The notes under the pieces are model-generated. The model was not told the DNA's origin, made no database searches, and was given only the letters and a program-made list of their open reading frames with translations. From positions 32,001-96,000 of the IMG/VR virus record IMGVR_UViG_3300027782_000047: a stretch of DNA of 64,000 nucleotides; one strand, given 5' to 3'. How positions within the stretch are numbered: position 1 is the stretch's first letter; each line of letters begins with the position of its first letter. The position numbers and the translations under genes are program-made. Source of the stretch: a virus. Positions 40,777 through 50,473 of this stretch are shown one piece after another.

Positions 40777-41211
40777 ATGGAACAACTAATTCAACAACTA
40801 AAAGTAATCTTGGGTACCAATTTTGCTCTGTATCTAAAATCACATGGCTTCCATTGGAATATTGAGGGCGCTAATTTTCCACAATATCACGATTTTCTTA
40901 ATGGATTCTACACCGAAGTTTTCAATCAAAACGATTCTATTGCGGAACACATCCGTCAATTAGACAGTTATGCTCCAGGATCATTAGAAAGAATGTTGGA
41001 ATTGGCTGACTTGGAAGAATCACAAAATATTCCAATGGCACTTGCTATGATGGCTGAATTGAAACGTGATAACGATAGATACATAATTCATCTCCGTGCT
41101 GGTATTGTTGCAGCCGAACAAGCCGATGAGCCAGCGATTGGTAACTTTTTGCAAGAACTTTTGGGCGCTCACCAAAAGAAAGCATGGATGTTAAGAAGTA
41201 TTATTAAATAA
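40777..41211 (+). CDS. dps: Dps / mini-ferritin (DNA protection during starvation)
   Basis: LYLKSHGFHWNIEG.NF..YH....Y......D.IAE.IR and H.K.AWML: Dps ferroxidase signature. Confidence 0.9.
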   Translation: MEQLIQQLKVILGTNFALYLKSHGFHWNIEGANFPQYHDFLNGFYTEVFNQNDSIAEHIRQLDSYAPGSLERMLELADLEESQNIPMALAMMAELKRDNDRYIIHLRAGIVAAEQADEPAIGNFLQELLGAHQKKAWMLRSIIK

Positions 41212-42845
41212 TGTCAATCGGTGGTTATTTAGGTAATCCAAAGTTAAAGCGGTCTGGCGTACAAGTAGAGTATACCAATGACCAGCTGATTGAGATTACT
41301 CGGTGCATTAAAGATCCAGTCTACTTCATTAAAAATTATGTAAAGATTGTTAACGTAGACTTGGGTTTAATTCCTTTTGATATGTGGAACTTTCAAGAGG
41401 AGATGGTTCGTGGTTTCCACAGCAATCGTTTCTCTATTGCTAAGATGCCACGACAAGTTGGTAAAACAACCACCACAGCAGGTTACATGCTTTGGGCTGT
41501 TTTGTTTACAGATGACTACAAGATTGCGATTTTAGCAAACAAAGGCGACTTAGCCCGTGACATTCTTGGTCGTATCAAATACTCATATGAATATCTTCCA
41601 TTGTGGATGCAACAAGGCATTATGGAATGGAACAAGGGCAACATCGTTCTTGAGAATGGTTCTGAGATTTCCGCTTACGCAACAAACGCATCTGGTGTTC
41701 GTGGAGGAACATACAATCTAGTATTCTTGGATGAGTTTGCTTTCGTTCCACAAAACATTGCAGCCGAATTCTTTACTTCCACTTATCCGGTAATCTCGTC
41801 CGGTAAAACCACAAAAGTTATTATCGTTTCAACGCCACATGGATTGAATCAGTTTTACAAGATGTGGACAGATGCAGTTGAACAGCGTTCATTATATGTG
41901 CCATTTGAAGTTCATTGGTCTATGGTACCTGGGCGAGATGCCGCATGGCGTGAAGAAACGATTAGAAACACCAGTGAAGAACAGTTCAGGCAAGAGTTTG
42001 AAACCGAGTTTATTGGTTCATCAGCAACATTGATTCCTGGCGCTAAACTCAAGATGCTTACGTTTAACAATCCAGTAGAAAAAGAAGAATACTTAGACAT
42101 TTACGAATTACCAAAACCAGGTCATACTTACATAGCCATTGTGGATTGTGCGGAAGGCGTTGGACTAGACTATTCAGTATGCTCAATTATTGACGTTACC
42201 GAGATACCATACAAACATGTGGCTAAGTTTAGAGACAATAAACTATCAGCATTTATCTTTCCAACATATGTTTATAATCTTGCTAACAGATACAATCGTG
42301 CTTGGATATTGGTAGAAACTAATAGCGTTGGGCAACAAGTGGTTGACATTTTACATTATGATTTGGAGTATGAAAACATCTTTCGTATTGAAAGCCATGA
42401 TATTAAAGGTCAGCACATTGCCAGTGGATTCAAGAAGGGTGCAGCCTATGGTGTCAAAACATCCAAGACTGTCAAAAAGATTGGCTGTTCCAATCTAAAA
42501 ACTTTGATAGAAACTGACAAACTCACTACTACAGACTTTGACACCATTGCGGAGCTAAATACTTTCGTAAGAGATAAAGATTCTTATAAAGCCGAAGAGG
42601 GCAACAATGATGATATCGTGATGACTTTGGTGCTTTTTTCATGGTTGTCAGCACAAAGTTTTTTCAAAGAGATAACAAATTCCGATGTTAGACAAAGACT
42701 TTTGGAAGAAAGAAACATCCAAATGGAAGAAGAATCGCTACCTATAGGCATTTTGGATGACGGCTTAGAAGAAGAAAAGCATTTTGACGGAGAAGACCTT
42801 TGGACGGCAGCAAAGCGCAAAGGTTATCTATCGTCAACTTTGTAA
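41211..42845 (+). CDS. gp17: terminase large subunit gp17
   Basis: YLGNP.LK, PRQVGKTT (Walker A), LDEFAF (Walker B), IIVSTP.G, and DD.VM nuclease motif. Confidence 0.97.
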   Translation: MSIGGYLGNPKLKRSGVQVEYTNDQLIEITRCIKDPVYFIKNYVKIVNVDLGLIPFDMWNFQEEMVRGFHSNRFSIAKMPRQVGKTTTTAGYMLWAVLFTDDYKIAILANKGDLARDILGRIKYSYEYLPLWMQQGIMEWNKGNIVLENGSEISAYATNASGVRGGTYNLVFLDEFAFVPQNIAAEFFTSTYPVISSGKTTKVIIVSTPHGLNQFYKMWTDAVEQRSLYVPFEVHWSMVPGRDAAWREETIRNTSEEQFRQEFETEFIGSSATLIPGAKLKMLTFNNPVEKEEYLDIYELPKPGHTYIAIVDCAEGVGLDYSVCSIIDVTEIPYKHVAKFRDNKLSAFIFPTYVYNLANRYNRAWILVETNSVGQQVVDILHYDLEYENIFRIESHDIKGQHIASGFKKGAAYGVKTSKTVKKIGCSNLKTLIETDKLTTTDFDTIAELNTFVRDKDSYKAEEGNNDDIVMTLVLFSWLSAQSFFKEITNSDVRQRLLEERNIQMEEESLPIGILDDGLEEEKHFDGEDLWTAAKRKGYLSSTL

Positions 42846-42848
42846 AAA

Positions 42849-42856
42849 CATAAATA
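42849..42856 (+). promoter_or_regulatory. T4-type late promoter CATAAATA
   Basis: Intergenic, upstream of gp18 (AGGAG SD). Confidence 0.65.
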
Positions 42857-42900
42857 GATAATACGATTTAGTTCTATAATAATAAAAAGGAGAACACAAA

Positions 42901-44568
42901 ATGGCTTTCCAATTATCACCAGGAGTTAATATCTCCGAAGTAGATTTGACAACAGTTGTTCCTTCTGTTGCAACTACGATTGGTGGTTTAGCCGGCGCTT
43001 TTACATGGGGTCCTGTTAATGAAATTACTATCATTAGCAACGAAACGCAACTTGTAGATAGATTCGGCGAACCAGACGCAAATACATACCAAACATTCTT
43101 TACCGCAGCCAATTTCTTATCATATGGAAGCGATTTGAGAGTTGTACGTGCTGTTGGTACAGGTGCTAAAAATGCATCTTCAAATACATCAAACACAGTA
43201 TTGATTGAAACTGAAACAGACTACGAACAAAATCATTCTGCAAACAGTAGTGTCGTTTTTCATGCTAGGTGGCCTGGCGCTTTAGGTAACTCTATTCGTG
43301 TTGAAATGGCAGACGCTAATACATATTCAACTTGGAATTCATACAAAGCTGAATTTGATTCTGCTCCAGCAACTTCTACATATGCTTCTCAACGAGGCGC
43401 ATCAAATGATGAATTGCATATTATTGTTATTGATACAACAGGTAAAATTTCAGGCACTGCTAATACAATTATTGAAAAATGGGGTTATGTTTCTAAAGCA
43501 AGTGATGCTAAGAATTCAGACGGAACAAGCAACTACTATAAAGATGTTTTAAACTCTAAATCCAAATATATTTGGTGGGGTGGTCACCTAACAGCAAACG
43601 CAGGAGTTGCTACAGCTAATGCCCTTTCATATGGTAATTTAGTGTCTACTTTTGCAACAACCTTTACTGGTGGTGTTGATGCTACTCCAACCGCAGCTAA
43701 CATAAACACGGGATATGGCAAATTTGCAAATCCTGATGCAGTAGACGTTTCTCTATTGATGGCAGGAGCAACAACAGGCACAACAATTCCAAACTTTTTG
43801 ATTGCTCTTGCTGAGACACGTAAAGATTGTATGGTATTTGTTTCTCCTGAACAAGATGATGTTGTAAACAATTCTGGCTCAGAATCCGCAACAGTGATTG
43901 CAGCCGCAGCCACATATACAAAGTCTTCATATGCAGTTATGGATTCTGGCTACAAGTATCAGTACGACAAGTACAATGACGTATATCGTTGGGTGCCATT
44001 GAACGGTGATATTGCTGGTCTATGTGTTCGAACAGACAGTGAGCGTGATCCATGGTTCTCACCAGCTGGTCTAAATCGTGGCGTTATCAAGAACGTTGTT
44101 AGACTTGCTTGGAACCCAACCAAAGCTGAACGTGATGAAATGTACAAAGCTGGTGTAAATTCAGTTGTTACATTCCCAGGTGAAGGCACAATACTATACG
44201 GAGACAAAACTCTATTGAATCGCCCAAGTGCATTTGATAGAATCAATGTTCGCCGCTTGTTTATCGTTCTAGAAAAGTCTATTGCTAAAGCAGCCCGTTC
44301 TTCATTGTTTGAATTCAATGACGAATTCACAAGAGCCGCTTTTGTTAATATTGTAGAACCCTTCTTGCGTGATGTACAAGGTCGCCGCGGCATCTATGAT
44401 TACCGTGTTGTTGCTGATACCACAAATAATACAGCACAAGTTATTGACCAGAATCAATTTGTTGGTGATATTTACATCAAACCCGCTCGTTCTATCAACT
44501 TCATTCAATTGAATTTCACCGCTGTTCGCACTGGTGTAGCATTTGAAGAAATTGTTGGAAGAGTTTAA
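42901..44568 (+). CDS. gp18: tail sheath protein gp18
   Basis: SPGVNISEVDLT, PWFSPAG.NRG, GDKT...SAFDRINVRRLF and PARSINFI.LNF. Confidence 0.97.
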   Translation: MAFQLSPGVNISEVDLTTVVPSVATTIGGLAGAFTWGPVNEITIISNETQLVDRFGEPDANTYQTFFTAANFLSYGSDLRVVRAVGTGAKNASSNTSNTVLIETETDYEQNHSANSSVVFHARWPGALGNSIRVEMADANTYSTWNSYKAEFDSAPATSTYASQRGASNDELHIIVIDTTGKISGTANTIIEKWGYVSKASDAKNSDGTSNYYKDVLNSKSKYIWWGGHLTANAGVATANALSYGNLVSTFATTFTGGVDATPTAANINTGYGKFANPDAVDVSLLMAGATTGTTIPNFLIALAETRKDCMVFVSPEQDDVVNNSGSESATVIAAAATYTKSSYAVMDSGYKYQYDKYNDVYRWVPLNGDIAGLCVRTDSERDPWFSPAGLNRGVIKNVVRLAWNPTKAERDEMYKAGVNSVVTFPGEGTILYGDKTLLNRPSAFDRINVRRLFIVLEKSIAKAARSSLFEFNDEFTRAAFVNIVEPFLRDVQGRRGIYDYRVVADTTNNTAQVIDQNQFVGDIYIKPARSINFIQLNFTAVRTGVAFEEIVGRV

Positions 44569-44574
44569 TAAATA
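44567..44574 (+). promoter_or_regulatory. T4-type late promoter AATAAATA
   Basis: Overlaps the gp18 stop, upstream of the gp19 SD. Confidence 0.5.
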
Positions 44575-44594
44575 GAGAGATAGGAGAAACTTAA

Positions 44595-45140
44595 ATGGCA
44601 TTTAACATTAACGAATTCCGCTCTCAGATGCAGGGAGATGGAGCACGCCCAAATTTATTTGAGGTTACGCTTCCATTCCCAGCATTCTCATTGCCAGGAA
44701 CTGCACAAAATAAATTAAGTTTTATGTGCAGGACTGCTCAACTACCCGGTTCAACAATCGGTACTGTGCCAGTTCAATACTTTGGTCGTGAATTAAAGTT
44801 TGCGGGAAATAGAACCTTTCAAGATTGGTCTATTACAATTATCAATGACGAAGATTTTGTCATTCGTAATGCATTTGAACGTTGGATGAATGGCATTAAT
44901 AGCCATAATCTAAACGTTCGTAATCCAGCGGCGGCTACTCAACTAGGCTATAGCGTAGATGGCGAAGTTCGTCAGTATGGTAAATCTGGTTCCATTTTGA
45001 AGAAGTACAAGTTCATTGGTGTGTTCCCAACCGATCTTTCATCAATTGATGTTGATTGGAGTGCTAATGACACAATTGAAGAATTTACTGTAAATCTTAC
45101 CTATCAATGGTGGGAATCAGTAGAGGACCTAGTAGTCTAA
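44595..45140 (+). CDS. gp19: tail tube protein gp19
   Basis: GARPNLFEV, LPGS.IG, GR.LK.AG.RTF.DW.IT..NDEDF.IR..FE.W and IEEF.V. Confidence 0.96.
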   Translation: MAFNINEFRSQMQGDGARPNLFEVTLPFPAFSLPGTAQNKLSFMCRTAQLPGSTIGTVPVQYFGRELKFAGNRTFQDWSITIINDEDFVIRNAFERWMNGINSHNLNVRNPAAATQLGYSVDGEVRQYGKSGSILKKYKFIGVFPTDLSSIDVDWSANDTIEEFTVNLTYQWWESVEDLVV

Positions 45141-45142
45141 GT

Positions 45143-45172
45143 AAGGGGGGAGCCCAGGCTCTCCTCTTTTTT
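45143..45172 (+). terminator. intrinsic terminator after gp19
   Basis: GGGGGGAGC-CCAG-GCTCTCCTC stem followed by T6. Confidence 0.75.
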
Positions 45173-45193
45173 ATAATGTAAAGGAAAATCAAA

Positions 45194-46861
45194 GTGGCTA
45201 TAAAACTATTTGGCTTCACAATCGGTGAAAAAGATATTGTTCAGAAGGAAAATCCTGAACAGGCTTCGTTCGCCCTTCCAACGGAAGCATTGGATGATGG
45301 CGCTGTTACGATTACCCAAAATGCTCACTATGGTACATATGTTGACTTAGAAGGCGCAGTTCGCAACGAACTAGAATTAATTACTCGCTATCGTGAAATG
45401 TCCAATCACCCAGAGTGTGATATGGCAATTACTGAGATTGTAGATGAAGCAATCAGTCACGATGATAAAGGTAAAGTTGTTGATATCGTTCTTGATGATT
45501 TGAAGCAACCAGAATCAATTAAGAAAAAAATCAGAGAAGAATTTGATAATGTTTTATCAATGTTAAACTTCTCAAACTTAGCAGATGATATCTTCCGTCG
45601 TTGGTATATTGATGGAAGAATTTATTTTCATATTATCGTAAACGAATCTAATCCTAAAGAAGGTATTCAAGAGTTACGATACATTGATCCACGCAAAATT
45701 CGCAAAGTGCGTGAAGTGCAAAAAGGTCGTGATTTAAAAACAGGTGCAGACATTATCAAATCAATGGCTGAATACTATGTCTACAACGACAAAGGCACAA
45801 CTGCACAAAATTATACAGCAAGCGTTAATTCTGGACTAAGAATTGCACCAGATGCAATTGTAAATGTTAATTCTGGAATGATGGATGCAAAGAACACATT
45901 TGTTATTTCTTATCTACACAAAGCAATTAAGCCACTCAATCAATTACGTATGATTGAAGATGCGATTGTTATCTATCGTGTATCGAGAGCACCAGAGCGT
46001 AGAGTATTTTACATTGACGTAGGTAATTTACCAAAGGGTAAAGCTGAACAATACTTGCGTGATGTTATGGTTAAGTATAAAAACAAAGTTGTTTATGATG
46101 CTAACACTGGCGAATTGCGTGATGACCGTAAACACATGTCTATGCTTGAAGACTTTTGGTTACCTCGCCGTGAAGGTGGTAAAGGTACAGAGATTACTAC
46201 ATTGCCAGCTGGTCAAAATCTTGGTCAAATGGAAGACGTACAATACTTTCAAAAGAAATTATTACAGTCATTGAATGTTCCTTACTCAAGACTTGAGCCA
46301 CAAGGTGGTGGTCTGGTTGGTCTTGGTAGAACAACTGAAGTTACCCGTGATGAATTAAAATTTAATAAGTTTGTTGTTAAACTACGCAACAAATTTTCTC
46401 AAATATTTGACCACGCACTTAAGATACAACTATCACTAAAAGGTATTTGTTCACAGGAAGAATGGGAAACATTTAGAGAAGATGTTTTCTATGACTATAG
46501 AAAAGATAATAATTTTACAGAATTGCGTGATGCCGAATTGCTATCACAAAGATTACAAACACTTGGACAAATTGATCCATATGTTGGCCGTTATTACTCA
46601 CAAGAGTGGGTAAAGAAAAATGTATTGCATTTGACGGACGATGAAGTAGAAGAAATGCAAAAGCAAATTGATTCTGCTCCTGAAACACAACAACTTGGTC
46701 CAGATGGTCAACCAATGCAACAAGATATGCAACAACCAGACCAAGCTACGCCAGCACAATTTCCACCAGAAGATAACGTGACAGAAACAGGATCAGAAGA
46801 ATCTTCAACACCAGAATTAGATAGTGTTGTAAAGAGATTTGGAAGAGTTATAAATAGGTAA
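45194..46861 (+). CDS. gp20: portal protein gp20 (GTG start)
   Basis: LFGF, YIDPRKI, YLHKAIK..NQLRM.EDA.VIYR..RAPERR.FYIDVGN.PK and EDFWLPRREGGKGTEI.TLP. Confidence 0.97.
   Translation: MAIKLFGFTIGEKDIVQKENPEQASFALPTEALDDGAVTITQNAHYGTYVDLEGAVRNELELITRYREMSNHPECDMAITEIVDEAISHDDKGKVVDIVLDDLKQPESIKKKIREEFDNVLSMLNFSNLADDIFRRWYIDGRIYFHIIVNESNPKEGIQELRYIDPRKIRKVREVQKGRDLKTGADIIKSMAEYYVYNDKGTTAQNYTASVNSGLRIAPDAIVNVNSGMMDAKNTFVISYLHKAIKPLNQLRMIEDAIVIYRVSRAPERRVFYIDVGNLPKGKAEQYLRDVMVKYKNKVVYDANTGELRDDRKHMSMLEDFWLPRREGGKGTEITTLPAGQNLGQMEDVQYFQKKLLQSLNVPYSRLEPQGGGLVGLGRTTEVTRDELKFNKFVVKLRNKFSQIFDHALKIQLSLKGICSQEEWETFREDVFYDYRKDNNFTELRDAELLSQRLQTLGQIDPYVGRYYSQEWVKKNVLHLTDDEVEEMQKQIDSAPETQQLGPDGQPMQQDMQQPDQATPAQFPPEDNVTETGSEESSTPELDSVVKRFGRVINR
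46849..46856 (+). promoter_or_regulatory. T4 late promoter TATAAATA
   Basis: Perfect consensus at the end of gp20, upstream of the gp67-like ORF. Confidence 0.7.
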
Positions 46862-46874
46862 TAAAGGAGTAATT

Positions 46875-47054
46875 ATGGACACAAGACAATTTATAGATTT
46901 GCTTGGCGCTGGTGAAAGTGCCGAAGCTAAGAATGCTTTAGAAGAATTGATTTCTGCAAAAGCATTTGAAGCATTAGACGCAAAGAAACAAGAAATTGGT
47001 TCAACACTATTTAATGGTAGAGAACAAGAAGTAGAAACGCAAGAAGAACAATGA
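46875..47054 (+). CDS. prohead core protein gp67-like, 59 aa (absent from the ORF track)
   Basis: AAGGAG SD; reads MDTRQFIDLLGAGESAEAKNALEELISAKAFEALDAKKQEIGSTLFNGREQEVETQEEQ; acidic and directly after the portal gene. Confidence 0.75.
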   Translation: MDTRQFIDLLGAGESAEAKNALEELISAKAFEALDAKKQEIGSTLFNGREQEVETQEEQ

Positions 47055-47947
47055 AGTCTTTACAAGAATTTAAAACTGTCGTTGAAGAAGAAAAGCAAGA
47101 CTTTACAAAGTTTGATGCACTAGTACGTGCAGGCTTGGCTAACAAAGCACAACTTCAAAGACTACACCAAATTCTTGGTAAAATGTCAGAGGAGAAGCCA
47201 AACTTTTCTCCTGCTGACCGTGCTATCATTCAAAACATGTTTACTAAAATGGTAGATATGATTACGAATAATCCACAGATGTATCGCACTGCACGTAAAG
47301 CAGTATCAGAAGGTTTGTTAGATACATCAGATTTCAAACTTGACATTCTTGGTAGAAAAGTAAAAGCACACAGAGTTAAAGTTGGTGATGATGCTTTGAA
47401 TACATTACCAGCAGATAACATTAAAGAAGAAATAGAAATGATTGGTGAGGATCTTCGGAATGAGCCTCCATTCGTATTGCTTCTAAAAAGAACAGCGGTG
47501 CGTTTGTATCCTGGTAATGTTAGAGTTGCAACGTATCACAATCAAAAGTTGAATAGAGATTTTGCTATTCCATTTTCAATAACCGGCACCGGTGATATTC
47601 AGTCCGAAGAAGTTAGCAATGATGAATTCAAAGACCAGATTAAAAAAGCACAAGATAAGTCTACAGGTAAAATAAAAGCCAATGTAGCTAAAGGCGCAGT
47701 TCAATCGGTATCAATTGAAGAAGCAGTTATGGATACACTTCACAAGATTGTTGCTGGTAAGTCTGCACAGTCGGTAAAGTTTGCAACTGGTGAAACTCGT
47801 AAAGTTGACCACTTCACAGCATCAGCTTTGACACAAGTGCATAAAGCATTGAATGACGAAAACAAAAAGAAGTTTGCTGATATGGTACATAAGTCACCCG
47901 CACATTTTTCTAAAGCGTCAGACTTTGCGTTCAGTAAAGCTAAATGA
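47051..47947 (+). CDS. putative internal head protein, 298 aa
   Basis: N-terminus MKSLQEFKTVVEE resembles the T4 capsid-targeting sequence; located in the prohead-core cluster. Confidence 0.6.
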   Translation: MKSLQEFKTVVEEEKQDFTKFDALVRAGLANKAQLQRLHQILGKMSEEKPNFSPADRAIIQNMFTKMVDMITNNPQMYRTARKAVSEGLLDTSDFKLDILGRKVKAHRVKVGDDALNTLPADNIKEEIEMIGEDLRNEPPFVLLLKRTAVRLYPGNVRVATYHNQKLNRDFAIPFSITGTGDIQSEEVSNDEFKDQIKKAQDKSTGKIKANVAKGAVQSVSIEEAVMDTLHKIVAGKSAQSVKFATGETRKVDHFTASALTQVHKALNDENKKKFADMVHKSPAHFSKASDFAFSKAK

Positions 47948-48375
47948 AATTAATTGATTTAATTTTTGAAGGTAAACTTGTAGAAGCGAAAGAAGAACTT
48001 TTTACTCGCTTGAATGAAGTTGCTTCTAAAAGATTAGAAGAAATAAAGCGTACCGTTGCAGCCGATATATATGAAGAAGTGGAAGTAATTGATGAAGCAA
48101 ACGTTCAACGTATGGGTAGAATCCAAAAGATTCGCCGTAGAATTAGACGCAACGCAAAGGGTAGAATTATTGTTCAACGCAATGTAAGACGTTCAGCAAT
48201 AAAAGGATTTAGAATTTCTGGTAATACAGTTAAAAGAATTCCTGCAATGGCAAGAATTCAAAAGTCAAGAAAGTTAAAGAGATATTGGAAAACTAAAGGT
48301 AGAGCAAAGTTGAATAGAACATTACTGAAAAGAAAAATGTCTTTGCGCCGCCGCACTTCAATGGGAATAAAATAA
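47944..48375 (+). CDS. prohead core protein gp68-like
   Basis: Acidic N-terminal half, very Arg/Lys-rich C-terminal half (KRKMSLRRR), upstream of gp21. Confidence 0.65.
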   Translation: MKLIDLIFEGKLVEAKEELFTRLNEVASKRLEEIKRTVAADIYEEVEVIDEANVQRMGRIQKIRRRIRRNAKGRIIVQRNVRRSAIKGFRISGNTVKRIPAMARIQKSRKLKRYWKTKGRAKLNRTLLKRKMSLRRRTSMGIK

Positions 48376-48376
48376 A

Positions 48377-48745
48377 ATGGCATTCGAAATAACAAACCAA
48401 CTAAGAAGCCCAAGTATTATTAGGGTAGAAGGTCCTTCAACAGTAAATGTTAATATAAGTCAATTATCAACAAATACTGCTTTAGAAACTGTTCTGTCTG
48501 CAAATATTAAACGTATTGCTTGGTCAACAGGCGGTAGTATATCTGTTGGCAGACATGGAGCAAGTAATACGTTGATAACTTTAGCCACATTATTTAACAG
48601 TGGGCAGATAAATCTTGATGAACTGGGCACTAGTTTAGCCAACACTAATACAGGTAATGTTACAGTTACCATCGCAACTAGCGGTACTGTTTTCTTGGAA
48701 GTGTCTAAAACTGCAACATATTCAACAGATTTGGATAGAACATAA
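48377..48745 (+). CDS. hypothetical head-cluster protein, 122 aa
   Basis: Beta-rich ORF between the gp68-like gene and gp21. Confidence 0.65.
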   Translation: MAFEITNQLRSPSIIRVEGPSTVNVNISQLSTNTALETVLSANIKRIAWSTGGSISVGRHGASNTLITLATLFNSGQINLDELGTSLANTNTGNVTVTIATSGTVFLEVSKTATYSTDLDRT

Positions 48746-48746
48746 A

Positions 48747-49397
48747 ATGAAATTAATTACAGAAACAATTGAAGACGTTCAGTATATTACTGAAGTAAAA
48801 GAAAACGGAAAGAAAAACCTTTTTATTGAAGGAGTCTTTCTAGTTGGAGAACAAGCTAACAAGAATCGTAGAATGTACAAGATGGATACACTACGAGAAG
48901 AAGTTGGCCGATATAACCAAGAGTACATTATGACAAATCGTGCTTTGGGAGAATTAGGTCATCCAGACACACCAACATTAAATTTAGAACGTGTCTCACA
49001 TAAAATCATTTCTCTTAAAGAAAATGGTAATGTTTTTATTGGTAAAGCACAAATTCTTGAGACACCATACGGCAACATTGTAAAGAACTTTATTGATTCT
49101 GGAGTTAGTCTAGGTGTTTCCTCAAGAGGCATGGGTTCTTTGATTCCTGGTGAAGACGGAATTAACATTGTTGGTGGTGATTTTCGTTTGGCTACGGCCG
49201 CAGATATTGTTGCTGATCCTTCAGCACCAGGTGCATTCGTAAACGGCATTATGGAAAACAAAGAATGGTTATTTGTTGAAGGACGTTTTGTTGAAGTTGA
49301 TATTGACAGAACGAAACAAGCAATTCAAAGAGCCCCAAGAAAAGATGTTGAAAAAGTGGCTATTCGCCTCTTTGAAAATTTTCTATCAAAACTTTAA
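48747..49397 (+). CDS. gp21: prohead protease gp21
   Basis: MKLITE start; NKNRR.Y, ALGELGHP, LGVSSRG.GS and D.VADPSAP.AFV.GIME. Confidence 0.96.
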   Translation: MKLITETIEDVQYITEVKENGKKNLFIEGVFLVGEQANKNRRMYKMDTLREEVGRYNQEYIMTNRALGELGHPDTPTLNLERVSHKIISLKENGNVFIGKAQILETPYGNIVKNFIDSGVSLGVSSRGMGSLIPGEDGINIVGGDFRLATAADIVADPSAPGAFVNGIMENKEWLFVEGRFVEVDIDRTKQAIQRAPRKDVEKVAIRLFENFLSKL

Positions 49398-49401
49398 TTA
49401 T

Positions 49402-49409
49402 TATAAATA
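49402..49409 (+). promoter_or_regulatory. T4 late promoter TATAAATA
   Basis: Perfect consensus upstream of gp22. Confidence 0.75.
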
Positions 49410-49433
49410 AATATACACAAAAGGAGATTCCTA

Positions 49434-50450
49434 ATGGCTACAAATAAACTTTTTGAGGCGGCTGCTGAGATTCTTGCATCAGGCAAGGGTAAGAATGCTA
49501 TGCCTCCAGAAAAGCTACCTGGCGAACAAGTTGATGCTGGCGGTCCAACCCCAATGAATGCCAAGCAAGACGATGACTCGCACAAAATTACACCAGCTAC
49601 AAAGAGCGCAACCGCTCCTACTACTAAACCTTCTGCCGCTTCTGCTAAACAAGAAGAAGTAGAAGTTGAGGGCGAAGTTGTTTCAGAAGAACAAATTGAA
49701 GAAGTTGAATTAAATCTTTCCGAAGATATCAACGCTTTGTTTGCTGATGACAACACAATCTCAGAAGAATTCAAACAAAAAGTTACCACAATTTTTGAAG
49801 CCCGTGTCCTTGACCGTGTTAAACAAATTGAGGAAGAAACTGAATCTCGCTACGCATTTATGCTAGAAGAAGCAGTTGAAGCAGTTAAAGAAGACTTGAC
49901 CGAAAAAGTAAATGACTATATTGCTTATGTGGTTGAGCAGTGGATGGCAGACAATGAAATCGCAATTGAAAAAGGCATTCGTGCTGAATTGACAGAAGAT
50001 TTCATCTCTGGTCTCCGTAACCTATTCGCAGAACACTACATTGATGTTCCTGCAGAGAAAGTTGACCTCGTTGACGAAATGGCTACCAAGATTGATGAAT
50101 TGGAAGGCAAGTTAAACGAGGAAGTTGAGCGTTCAGTACAGTATCGTAAAGAACTTGTTGAAGCTCACAAAGTAGAAGTTACCCGTGAAGTATGTGAAGG
50201 TTTGACCGACACTCAAGTTGAAAAAATTAAAACACTTGCAGAGAGTGTAGAGTTCTCCACAGAGGAAGAATACAAACAAAAACTTGAGACAATTCGTGAG
50301 AATTATTTCCCTTCTGGTGTAAAGAAGGCCGATGGAGCCCAACTTCACGAACAAATGAATGAAGATGTTGAAGACAAGAAACCACAAGTTTCTAGCGATG
50401 CATTCGTTAATTCAATTGTTCAATCAATTTCAAAAACAAACAGATTTTAA
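49434..50450 (+). CDS. gp22: prohead scaffold gp22
   Basis: SEEFK.K..TIFEA, YVVEQW...N..A...GI..E..E.F..GL..LF.EHYI and KL..IRE.YF. Confidence 0.93.
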   Translation: MATNKLFEAAAEILASGKGKNAMPPEKLPGEQVDAGGPTPMNAKQDDDSHKITPATKSATAPTTKPSAASAKQEEVEVEGEVVSEEQIEEVELNLSEDINALFADDNTISEEFKQKVTTIFEARVLDRVKQIEEETESRYAFMLEEAVEAVKEDLTEKVNDYIAYVVEQWMADNEIAIEKGIRAELTEDFISGLRNLFAEHYIDVPAEKVDLVDEMATKIDELEGKLNEEVERSVQYRKELVEAHKVEVTREVCEGLTDTQVEKIKTLAESVEFSTEEEYKQKLETIRENYFPSGVKKADGAQLHEQMNEDVEDKKPQVSSDAFVNSIVQSISKTNRF

Positions 50451-50473
50451 TTTAAACCCAAGGAGAACTCTAA

